DNA of 63,439 nt, the filler included, from Perkinsus chesapeaki ATCC PRA-425 (Eukaryota; Protista; Perkinsozoa): assembly GCA_013115145.1 (NCBI GenBank). It is 6 parts of 6 records of this genome, joined end to end, with 100 filler letters (N's around TTAATTAATTAA, not from the genome) between each part and the next. Parts side by side here need not be neighbours in the genome. Positions count along the whole stretch, not along the records: positions 34,407 to 53,860 come from JAAPAO010000639.1; 5 more parts are not named here. One strand, given 5' to 3'. The notes below the pieces were generated by a model. It was not told the DNA's origin and made no database searches. It saw only the letters and a program-made list of their open reading frames with translations. The position numbers and the translations under genes are program-made. How positions within the stretch are numbered: the first letter of the stretch is position 1; each line of letters starts with the position of its first letter. Shown in pieces: positions 36,756-47,428 of the stretch.

Positions 36756-37598
36756 TCACGTGTCTTGCCAAGGCTGTATTGGTAGCGAGTAGGACTCTGC
36801 CTCCGCGACCCACTCCACTTCGCTGTGAACTTTAGTCTCATTCCACAGTAATAATCTCGTTTGATCAAAGTTCAGCTCTTTGCATGACTCTTGCATTTCT
36901 CGAGGGAAAGCGGTATCCCATCCTGGAATATTCAAATACACCAAAGTCTTCGTTGACACCAAACCAACGCCTTGTCCAAATAAAGAAGGCTCAACTTCAA
37001 CCTCTACCATCAGAGGTATCGAATCTTCAAGGGAGAGGATGTAGCCAAGGCAACGTAAGGCGACTAGATTATCATTTCTTACACGAAGTCGCTGGTGTAT
37101 TGCTATGTTAGAATCACCAGAAAACATTATGTAAGGATTTGAGATTTGTACGATGTCTCCAAGCGCATAATATAAGCGTATGTAACGAACATGCACGTTG
37201 AGCCATGAAGGGTTATTCCGAACCGATAGAGTGAAAGTGAAGTTAACATACTGATCATCAACTCGCGGCAGGTTACGGAAATCTCGCCAAGAGGTAATTC
37301 GCGGCGCAGGTCCGTGATCAAAGCTGGTAACTCCCAACTTCCAGTTCGAAAGGTAATGAAATGCAATGTAATATTTGAATAAAAAAAGTAAGAAGTTGAA
37401 GACCAAGTAGAAAGTGAACATACTGAGCAGACATATAATGGTTAGTTGAAGGTATTTCTCACCTTTCGATGGTGAGCCGAATGCCACAGAACACGGTTGC
37501 TCAAACGCCAGTGAGCCCGCTGGGAAGTAAACCGGCACTCTGGGGGAACCCCGGGAATACATGTGTCCCGTAAAGCTGCACGGTTCTGGCGTAACCAT
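36756..37598 (-). CDS. Type II membrane protein with an LEA_2/NDR1-HIN1-like beta domain, copy A (280 aa, intronless)
   Basis: ORF track. TM helix LQLTIICLLSMFTFYLVFNFLLFLFKYY followed by VNFTFTLSVRNNPSWLNVHVRYIRLYY, which resembles the LEA_2 'L-x-V-x-NPN' strand pattern. The family assignment is by eye. Confidence 0.65.
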   Translation of the reverse strand: MVTPEPCSFTGHMYSRGSPRVPVYFPAGSLAFEQPCSVAFGSPSKGEKYLQLTIICLLSMFTFYLVFNFLLFLFKYYIAFHYLSNWKLGVTSFDHGPAPRITSWRDFRNLPRVDDQYVNFTFTLSVRNNPSWLNVHVRYIRLYYALGDIVQISNPYIMFSGDSNIAIHQRLRVRNDNLVALRCLGYILSLEDSIPLMVEVEVEPSLFGQGVGLVSTKTLVYLNIPGWDTAFPREMQESCKELNFDQTRLLLWNETKVHSEVEWVAEAESYSLPIQPWQDT

Positions 37599-37879
37599 CG
37601 GAGAATAACAGCTGCTGCTTAAGACTGCAGAGATTTAGAGTTTGTTACACTCTGTTCGGCTAATCGAAAGAGCATTGAGCGAAATGATTTGAAAGGCAGT
37701 GACGGAAAAGGGCTATGTGATGCCTCTAGCACCATGGCACCAAGTTGTAGGTGTACATCACCGTGACGAATGGACCGTTGCTGAGAGCTAGTTGAAACAA
37801 AAGAAGATCGTACAAGAGAAACGGAGGGAAGCGCCAGTCCGTCTAGCCCATTCACGCGCATGCACATTGAGCCTCTTTA

Positions 37880-38500
37880 CGCTCCACACTGAGTAGAGGG
37901 CTCTCAAAGAAGTACGTCACCCCACAGGACTGCCTCCATATCAGAGAGTAGGATTTCAACCCGGTGTTTTGTAACTCCGCTCGTGGATACTACACGTCAC
38001 AAACGGATTGTTCAAGATTTACATTCCATCAGCTCCACGCAAGAGGACACCCGAAAGCCAACCATAGTAGAAGATAGCGCACAATTGATGTGGAGGTGTT
38101 GTAGAGCGTACCGCGTTCCTGTGGAGGCGAGAGCCAGGAACAGCTATAGAATACTGGGCAGACTTGTCGTCTCCTTACTAGGTCTTCGATGCCTTTGCGC
38201 AGCGTCTCGTACTTGAATTGATTGCTGGCCGTTACTGAACTCCGTTTTACCGATCAGGCCATATCTCATGTTCATCATGAGCATAAGCAGCTCATGCCGC
38301 TGATAGGTTCTAGAGATAGGGCGCCACCGATTGCCAATCGGTGGCGCGAGATCAATCGAGGAAAGCTCCACGGACCTTTATCGACTAGCCAGGATGGATT
38401 ATCCATCATCTAGTATTGTTGGCATGAAGCTCGAAAGGTTCGCAGATGACAAGCATTCTCACTGAATGATACATCGCCGGTGACAAGTTTTTCCAGTAAG
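37880..38500 (-). pseudogene. Decayed copy of an unidentified ORF family (VTYF motif); other copies at about 36090-36424, 40836-41250 and 42790-43700
   Basis: The motif gagaa(a/g)tacgtcac (minus strand V-T-Y-F) occurs at 36171, 37907, 40908 and 43000 with alignable flanks. All four copies contain stops or frameshifts. Confidence 0.45.
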
Positions 38501-39369
38501 CTTGGCTTCCCAGCACCTATGAGGCCTTATCGGGCTGATACGCTCTCAATCGTAGACCCCTTACATCGTATGAGACCCTTGCGAGTAGGTGCTGTTTCCC
38601 GCCATGAAGGCGGCGCCATCCTCTCTGAGTTGAAGATCCATTCTTGAGAGGTCTTCTTCCAATCGCTACTAACATCATTCCTTCATTCGGCCTATTGGCC
38701 ATGGTTACAAAGTAAATACTTGGATTTCGAGGTCGAGATCGAGCTGTGTATTACATATATTTCGGTAGTTTTTCGGAAGCTGCTCCCACTTTTCACTAAC
38801 CAGAACGAGCAGAGACTTGGAGGTCACATACTGGACTCCCAGGAGTATGTGAACGTATCTATCCGAGTTTGAACCACTGGTGAGCCCATATAGCCGAGCA
38901 TTTCTGAGAAAACGTGATATCCTAACATTAATGGGCGAGCTGTAGTACTTTGGACAGCGCATGCAACACTGCGGTGGCTGGAGGAGGTAAATGCCCAGCC
39001 TTGAACCCTCGGACTTCGTGTAAAACGATTACCGTCGGTAATGATCCTTAAACTTCCTCGAGCATCTCAAGAATGGCGAAGACAAGACGACAAGTTTGGT
39101 TGACCACATGTCAGCTGTTCTTTGCGTTAGGTTTATCGCAACACATGTGGCTTAATCAGTGCCTCGGTACAACGCAAGTTAATATGATACTTCGTCGCGC
39201 GGACTTTATCAAGGAAGCCAATGCCCGTCAAGCTGACGGCGCCAGCGTATGGCTGAACATTTTTTCACAGTTGGGTTATGTCTTCAGTAGTTCAACTACT
39301 AGTTGAACTACCGTAGTTCTGACTCACTTGGTCATGAAAAACCCCCAAAAGTTTCCAACGAAGCGTCCG

Positions 39370-39470
39370 CTTCGTACCCTTGTCAGTTGCTCTGGTTCTG
39401 TGTGGCTTAGCATGAGCAGCTTTTCTACTAGTCTGCTCGACGAAGTTGGCATCCAGAAGTTCACAGACAA
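39370..39470 (+). pseudogene. Truncated 5' fragment paralogous to the mucin-like gene at 45683
   Basis: ctctggttctgtgtggcttag...ctcgacgaagttggcatccagaagttca matches ttctggttctgtgtggcttat...ttcgacgaggttgacatccagaagttca. Confidence 0.65.
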
Positions 39471-39893
39471 CATGAGTGGGTAGTTCGATGATTATTCGGG
39501 CATTACGGTGTGCTCAGTTCTCTCTACTGGCGATGAGTTGCCAATGCATCGATACGCTAATGATACTTCGCTGTCCGTTAGTTTGTAACCAGACTTCTAG
39601 TATCACAACGAAATACCATTTTACGGTAGCACAGAGCATAAAATTATTACAAGGAATGAAAGGGGACGTATACAATATGACGGATAATCGCTTTATGCAA
39701 TAGTATTGAAAGACAGTTTGAGGGCACACAAAACTAGAACGCCAATGTTAATGGCATCCTCGGGAATCTTACATTAATCTTCATAATGGCGATGAGAGGA
39801 TCGTATCGTGTCAGAGGTCTCTAAGGGCCGAGTTTTGGTGAGTGGATCGAAATGTGAGGATAGCATCCTTCTATTAGCACCCGTTCCACTGAA

Positions 39894-40650
39894 TTATTCT
39901 GCGAAAGCCTTCGTCATCGATATAAATACAGGCATTTGCTCTAGTAAAAGTATGTTTTTCCCCAGCATACTCAATGATACGGCATTCGTCTTTTTCAGTA
40001 AGCCTATGTCATGTCTAAAAAAGGAAGGCTCAACTTCAAGCTCCACTCGGACGGGAGCAGAAACTTCGATCGAAAGGATATGACTCAGACAAGCATACCC
40101 GAACTTATTCATATTGTCAGAGTAAAAGCGGTTGTTTACCGTAATGTTGACATTACCATTAAATAATTTGTCAGCATATGGAAGGCGCACAATATCACCA
40201 AGCTCACAATATAATCGTATATACCGAACATGCACATTAAGCCATGATGGATTATTCCGAATGGATAAGATGAAAGTGAGGTTAACGTGTTGATCGTCGC
40301 CGTGAGAGTGTCGATCTGAATCTCGGCAAAGTGTGTTCAACCATGAAGGCGGTGGCCCGTAATCAAAGTTCTCAACCTCCACTTCCCAAGTCGAAATATA
40401 ATAACAGGCTATATGAGACTTGAACAGGATGAGCAAGAAATTGACGACCATGTAATACATAGACATGCCCAGTAGACATACCATGACAAGTTGAAGATAT
40501 TTCGTCTCCTTCCGTTCCGCTTCAGATGATATGATTTCTCCAAAAACCGGACGCTCACTTTGGTGAGGTTGGAGGTGAGTAAACCAGCACTCTGGGAGAA
40601 CCCCGAGGACATACGTGTTCTGGAGAACTGCATGGTTGCCGCGTAGCCAT
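39894..40650 (-). CDS. Diverged LEA_2-like paralogue B; frameshift in the 5' part (or start at Met 40484)
   Basis: ORF 39894-40484 shares KYLQL, VNLTFILSIRNNPSWLNVHVRYIRLY and VELEVEPSFF. The homologous N-terminus (PCSSPEHVCPRGSPRVLVY) is in another frame. Confidence 0.6.
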
Positions 40651-41633
40651 CTGAAAATAACGAATACTTCTCAAGGCTTCTCTGAGGGTCGTATAGCAAA
40701 CTTGGCACCACTGGACCAATCTAAGCGACATCTGAAGAGCACCCGAGGAAGCGAGTAGGAGCTCAATGCCAGGCGAGGCACCCTACGCATATCCTAGCAG
40801 ATAAGAGAGGCTCAAAGTCTCCAAGAGCGGTACCTTGAAGGCCCGTTGTTGACACATTCTGTGCACGAACGCCAAGTTCCAGCGCGATACTGATGAGATA
40901 CCTTTTTGAGAAGTACGTCACGTCGCGTGACTGTCCCCAAATTCGACCGGTTCTTCAGCAGCCGGGTTAATACACGGTAACAACGGAAGCTCGAATTCCG
41001 GCATTTATTTTTCGCCTGCTCAACACGAGTTCTCGTTTGTCATAGCAGCGGGCCTCTGCCAGCGACTAACGTGCGTCACGACGCACCATGGCCTACTGTA
41101 TTTCCCTTGGGCGATCTTGAGTCGGATGGTGGATGCAAGATTTTCAGGACCGCGGTCAAGTTCGACACCAAGTTGACAAACTGCCTTGCGCGTTACCGAC
41201 AACACAGCAGAGTAAAGTCTCTTAGGGAGAGTGCTATCAACATTCTTGCCCACAGTGCAAGATAGTGGCTTTGAGATTGAGTAACGCGATGCTTAACGCG
41301 GAACACTGTGCGCAGTAACTGAAAGCGTGAACGTGAGGTCCCATCATGGAGCTCCCTGAAATGCGCTCATGACTTTTCAGAGCATAAGCATAACCGCACT
41401 AAATAGTAACACAAAGAACACAACACCATCAGAAAATAGAAGATGCGGGAAGGTATACAATATAATTGATAAACGACTCAACGTAATAGTATCGAACACT
41501 GCTGAGTTGGCAATAGGACGGTTAATAGGCCACTGATAGTGGCCCTATTAATAGCTCGGAGTAGATCGCAATAATATCGGCAAAGGATGACATAAGTCCT
41601 ACAGCTTCTATCAAGGTCACGAAGTTTCGGCAT

Positions 41634-42476
41634 TCACGTGTCTTGCCAAGGCTGTATTGGTAGCGAGTAGGACTCTGCCTCCGCGACCCACTCCACTTCG
41701 CTGTGAACTTTAGTCTCATTCCACAGTAATAATCTCGTTTGATCAAAGTTCAGCTCTTTGCATGACTCTTGCATTTCTCGAGGGAAAGCGGTATCCCATC
41801 CTGGAATATTCAAATACACCAAAGTCCTCGTTGACAGCAAACCAACGCCTTGTCCAAAAAAAGAAGGCTCAACTTCAACCTCTACCATCAGAGGCATCGA
41901 ATCTTCAAGGAAGAGGATGTAGTCAAGGCAACGTAAGGCGACTAGATTATCATTTCTTACACGAAGTCGCTGGTGTATTGCTATGTTAGAATCACCAGAA
42001 AACATTATGTAAGGATTTGAGATTTGTACGATGTCTCCAAGCGCATAATATAAGCGTATGTAACGAACATGCACGTTGAGCCATGAAGGGTTATTCCGGA
42101 CCGATAGAGTGAAAGTGAAGTTAACATACTGATCATCAACTCGCGGCAGGTTACGGAAATCTCGCCAAGAGGTAATGCGCGGCGCAGGTCCGTGATCAAA
42201 GCTGGTAACTCCCAACTTCCAGTTCGAAAGGTAATGAAATGCAATGTAATATTTGAATAAAAAAAGTAAGAAGTTGAAGACCAAGTAGAAAGTGAACATA
42301 CTGAGCAGACATATAATGGTTAGTTGAAGGTATTTCTCACCTTTCGATGGTGAGCCGAATGCCACAGAACACGGTTGCTCAAACGCCAGTGAGCCCGCTG
42401 GGAAGTAAACCGGCACTCTGGGGGAACCCCGGGAATACATGTGTCCCGTAAAGCTGCACGGTTCTGGCGTAACCAT
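41634..42476 (-). CDS. LEA_2-like membrane protein, copy C (near-identical to copy A)
   Basis: Same length (843 nt) from Met 42476, with only a few substitutions relative to 36756-37598. Confidence 0.65.
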   Translation of the reverse strand: MVTPEPCSFTGHMYSRGSPRVPVYFPAGSLAFEQPCSVAFGSPSKGEKYLQLTIICLLSMFTFYLVFNFLLFLFKYYIAFHYLSNWKLGVTSFDHGPAPRITSWRDFRNLPRVDDQYVNFTFTLSVRNNPSWLNVHVRYIRLYYALGDIVQISNPYIMFSGDSNIAIHQRLRVRNDNLVALRCLDYILFLEDSMPLMVEVEVEPSFFGQGVGLLSTRTLVYLNIPGWDTAFPREMQESCKELNFDQTRLLLWNETKVHSEVEWVAEAESYSLPIQPWQDT

Positions 42477-45400
42477 CGGAGAATAACAACTGCTGCTTAA
42501 GACTACTCTTAGGAAATTTGATTCACTGAAGAGTCGAACTCTCAAATAAATTGAATTCATTTTGTATTGGAAGCAAGCAAGCCATTCTAATGTCACGTGA
42601 AAGGGAAAATATACTACCCAAAAACCTGGAAACCCGACAGGTTAACTTTGAACCTCAACGCTCGTGAGAGTTCCAAGGAAGGGTTACAGTGAGCGTTTTC
42701 GGATGAGAATCGTCTGATGAGTTGTTACTTCTACAGTATCGCTAGGAACGAGGTAGAAACTATGAAATAAGATTATATAACAAGCGATGGGCTACCAAAA
42801 AGCATATGATGGCTCGGAGAGCCGTTTCGGAAAAAAATTCGGCACCAAGCTGTAGGTGCACAACACCGCGACATATAAATGTCTGTTGCCGAAGTTAAAT
42901 GAAACGCAGAAAGGACATCTAACACCGATGAAGGGCACCGCTGGTCGCACGCAAACACGTAGAGCCTCTTCAAGTTTCAAACTCAAGTGATGGCGCTTAG
43001 AGAAGTACGTCACCCCACATGGGTGTCTCCATATTTGAAGTAGGATTACAGCCCGGTGTTTCGTGAATTTGCCGGTATGTGGGATACTAAGCGTCGCAAA
43101 GGGATTGTTCGAGATTTGACTCCCACCAGATCCATACAAGGTCTGCCTGTTCCGGTGACTCACAAAGACCAACCATAGTTGGAGAGGTTCGCATGGCGCA
43201 AAATTGAGGTAGATGTGTTCTGTGATGTACCACGTTTCCGTGGAGGCCAAAGCCATGACCTGCTATAGACCATTGGCCTGACTCGCTGGTCAATCACTAC
43301 GTCTTCCACTCCATCGGTGCTCTTGCGGATCACCTCGTACTCGACCCCGTTGCTAGCCGTTCCCAAGCTCAGTTTTACGGAGTCCGTAATACGAAGCTCG
43401 TGCCAGCTTATCGGCGGCGCCCTGTCTATAAGAGATAGCTCCGCGGGCAGTGGAGCACTGCCTGATCTCGACTCCTTGGGGTAAAATACGTAATGACTAC
43501 CTCGTAATCTAAAAGTGTCAGTATCATGTTCGAAGAGCTCTCAGGTGGGGAGCAATGCTCCCGGAGCATCCCAACAGAATGGTACATCGTCATTGACGAC
43601 TCGCCAGTGGCGAGTCGCCACCAGAAAGTTACTTTCCGCGAACTTGGCTTCATCACCACCTGTGCGTGGAGCCTCATCGGGATCACATGACACCCTCTCA
43701 GTACTAGGCCTGCGAGTACTGCGTTATTCCCGAGCTTAAAATGTTTGTAGTAGACCAATATTGACGTAAACTAAAAACAGCTTTAGTAAACTAAGAACGA
43801 GTCAGAAACTCTCAGTAAGAGTCTCTCGCTGGCCACGACACATCAATTCGGGTTTCCAATGACGCCTCGAGTGAGTGAGGTTACCATTGAGGTGGAGGTT
43901 TGACATGGTGAAAGATACCGTTTACGTGGAGAGCCGTTATGGTATGTTGGGATAGCATGCGCTTTCCCACGCGCCCTTTAATTATTCGTCTGTCCACAAT
44001 CGATCGCGCTACTTGTACGCGTAGGCCCCGCTAAGAGATTAGATTTAGGTGGATTTGGTAGAATCTACTGCTAGATCATTAGTATTATCATTGTATCTGC
44101 GTACTTGGTCCTTTCTACGAGGCCCTTGTCACTTCTGTAACCACTACGTTATCCACTAAAGCCCGCTACTAGTTGCGTTGCATGAAAGGACGACCCTTGG
44201 CACAACAGGTACTACCGCGACGGTAGTACTACTAGTAGTACTTCGAGGGAATGTTACGCTACGCATGAGCCCCTTGGCTCTCGCAAGACATTAGGCAGCG
44301 CGTGCAACACTGCGGTGGCTTGAGGAGGTGAATGCTTAGTTTTGAAGCCGCAGATATGGCACAAAATACGCGGTTCAGGTGTGTTGAATGCTTCCAGTAC
44401 TCGAACGCCAGGGGCCTCGGATGGCCTTAGGAGCCCCAAGTAGTCTTCATCGGCTGTAAAACGACGATCAGTATTCTCCTAGTCACTATGACGAGTTCAG
44501 CGATATGTCGATTATCCTCACCTCACTTTGGTGAGACTCCTTATCATTACCATCTCAAGGATACAAGTGAATTTCGACAACTACCTTCGTTCATTGCATG
44601 TTAGCTGCTGCTTACTCTTGAAGAGTGGATTGCATATGAGATTGTTCATAACAATTTGATACCTGCCACAGTCGGTGTCTCGGTACATCGCAAATGGTAC
44701 TCGGATGCATTGATATGATACTTAGTCTTGATGACCTCATCAACACGAACTGGTATTCATTACATGAAGTCACTTGTGATCGTTTCGCTGACTGATAGCA
44801 TTGGTACATGACGCCGTCGGTTAGCTGCCACTAAAAACGCAAGTAGATGGTTGCCAGACAACATGGGTGTCACACCAACGACAGCCGGTTCCTCAGCCTC
44901 ACGAATGGAGGTGCACATCGCCGCGTTAGCATCAGAGTTGCTTGGTAAGACGTGCTCAAGCACAGACCGATGGAAACCCATCTTACGGTTTCGTCGTGAT
45001 GGTGCCAAGTTGCGCTTGGCGGCCGAAAATGGAAGAGCGAAATTGCGAATCCGAGTCACGAGTCCGCATCCCTGGATCTATTTATTACACTGGAACGCGA
45101 CGATTGTAGTCAAAGAAACGATAATCAGTGTAAGCCTCATCCAAGGGCACCACTAATTGTGGTCCACAATTCAGGCTGTATTATACAGCGAAGCCGTTTA
45201 ACGACATAGTTACCAATGCTAACTTACCACAAGAGCACTCGAACTTTCTGCCTTCACCGCCAAGAAGTTCCTCTTACAATCTCGCCAATGGCACACAGAA
45301 GAATACACAGGTCTACAACTCAGTCTTGCAGAGCTTGAATATCAGTGTTTGCAGCAGCAGCAGGGGATGGGCCAGTTATCTTATCGTGCGAATCCACACC

Positions 45401-45682
45401 CGTGATCGGCTGAACCAATCGGGACCTCTCTTGAACGCGGGTAACGGTGTTATGGTTCATTTAAATGGATCATGATGATATCTCCTTGGCTCAAGCAAGT
45501 AAAGCTAAATCTACACACTTGTCATGGCGACGTCAAAGCCCGGAAGCTTCTCGCGCGGCACGAGTTCCGTTTGGAGAACACGTCCCGGGAGCGCGTCTCG
45601 CTCGCCCCTCCCCGCGACCGCAACCAAGGCAAGCTGAGAAGATCACTGCCTCGTAGTTATTACAATAGCAGTACTAACAAAA

Positions 45683-46174
45683 ATGTTCAAGCCGTCTACC
45701 ACGTTCTTGGTTATTCTGGTTCTGTGTGGCTTATGTAGTGGTATGTTCGACGAGGTTGACATCCAGAAGTTCATGGACCTAGTAGACTCCGCTCCGTCTG
45801 CTACTACCTCGACTGTAGCGCCAGTAGTGCCGGAGACCACTAAGCCGGTACTGCAGCGCCTGGGGGAGTGGATAAACTTGGAACCGGTGTCAACAACCAC
45901 GAAGTCGGTAGCCCAGGAGTTAGCAGAGATGACATTTGCTCCGGTTCCTACCACAGCTACCTCTACGGCTGGTGTCGCTGCCGAAACGCCAGGTTCATCG
46001 ATGGATCATTTTCTTTCGATGACCATCCCGTTGGATAAGCCTGAGCCTGAGACTCAAAGCACAACGACTCCTCCGACTTGGAATGTGAGCGAGCCAGGTG
46101 TCGATAGTGGCTGTGGGACGGTTTCGTGCAACTGGTTGGTGATAGCAGTGGTGGCGTTACTGGCGGAGTTATGA
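45683..46174 (+). CDS. Thr/Pro-rich mucin-like surface protein with a signal peptide and a C-terminal hydrophobic (GPI-like) tail, 163 aa
   Basis: MFKPSTTFLVILVLCGLCSG; many TT runs; ends DSGCGTVSCNWLVIAVVALLAEL*. Confidence 0.75.
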   Translation: MFKPSTTFLVILVLCGLCSGMFDEVDIQKFMDLVDSAPSATTSTVAPVVPETTKPVLQRLGEWINLEPVSTTTKSVAQELAEMTFAPVPTTATSTAGVAAETPGSSMDHFLSMTIPLDKPEPETQSTTTPPTWNVSEPGVDSGCGTVSCNWLVIAVVALLAEL

Positions 46175-46499
46175 GGCTAATCTGAGTGGAAGTCCCGTAA
46201 TCCGGGCACCGATGAGTCCACGTGGCTGTCGGGAATAATTAATCATCATAGACTATTCTGAACCATTTGCTGATAATAAACACCATGAGTTCAAATGTTG
46301 CGCTATCGAGTTATTAAGTTACTTGGGAATTTATAAAACGTGATGCTTCGGCGTAACTTCATATCTCGCGCGCCCAAAAATCGTAGCGAGCTCTCAGAAC
46401 AAAGCAATCGGCCGCTCCGTAGTTTGGAATCCAAACCCTACCTGCAACGATTTGAAATTCGAACCGATGAAGGTAGTGTCTCCAGCAACTCAATTTCAG

Positions 46500-47140
46500 C
46501 AGTCAGAGATTTAAATTACATCTCTAATTTCAAATAAAAGTTAAATCATCTGATGTTGAGAAAATTCTAATAATAATCCGATGCGGAACACTTGAACGCT
46601 TATACGCGCAATAGAACGGCATCGCCGTTGAACCCCAATGGGCTACAATAACCTCACGCCATTTGTGGTAGTACTCATTATAACACAGTGATTTATGAAG
46701 AATACCACTGACTCAGGAGACATTCACAAATTTACCGCACCTCAACCCAACAGTACTACTTCAGCAGGTACCCAAGCATCACACGAAACAGTCTAATATG
46801 CCAGAAATGATGCACCCACGAACGGTAATGGTACACGAGGACGGCACTGTCAATCACACCAGGCAATTAGTTATAACTCAACCGCTTTCTGAACTGATGG
46901 GCTCCTCCTCTTGGAGCTCCGGCAACCACGGCTCGCAACCTCCATCGTTGGGCATCAATGCGGACTGAAATAAATAATATAACACTCCATCGCGAAGACC
47001 TATACACGGTTATAGGGTTCTTGAAGTAGCAGTGCGCTAAACTTACCAGCACAGACGCGGCGCTCGGAGCTACGGACGTAATCTGCAGTCGTAATCTAGA
47101 CATACGGGTTGCCAAACGAGCGTCAACTCGCCATTGGCGG
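46500..47140 (-). CDS. Possible small spliced hypothetical gene
   Basis: Several GT-AG-bounded open segments (MSANGELTLVWQP / ITSVAPSAASVL / SALMPNDGGCEPWLPELQEEEPISSES); no recognisable motif. Confidence 0.3.
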
Positions 47141-47428
47141 ACATCCTCTACTAGTGTGTTCAATAAGCGAGCGTCGAACTGAAAGGGAACCAGAGAAATT
47201 AGCTAGTGGTTGAGCTGCCTATTAACAATTTTTAATGATACAAGTATAGAGGGATACCAATTATTCCTAGAGATGACTTGTTCCGTTTCGTCAGTGGCAC
47301 ATGCCATGGATATGTGTATGACAATGCTAGTACCGTAACTTCAGAGACATCCAGGATATCGAATGCAACAACTTATTTCATTCACAGCACGAAGAATGGA
47401 ATATATCTATAGCCGCTGTGGCAGGTAA

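Larger units (their letters stand above)
35075..45800. repeat. Tandem segmental duplication with a period of about 5 kb (unit A ~35075-39470, unit B ~40745-45800)
   Basis: Collinear matches: 36105/40836, 36440/41310, 37620/42498, 37910/43003, 38470/43580, 38985/44303, 39390/45710. Confidence 0.85.

Noticed and set aside
40642-40652. CGTAGCCATCT match to the 5' part of the spliced leader
   Set aside because: Antisense to and within the LEA_2-like paralogue 5' region, with no 3' half; likely chance.
44254-44439. C2H2-like zinc finger (CHICGFKTKH)
   Set aside because: His spacing is non-canonical and the ORF is short; the paralogous site near 38985 is not open.
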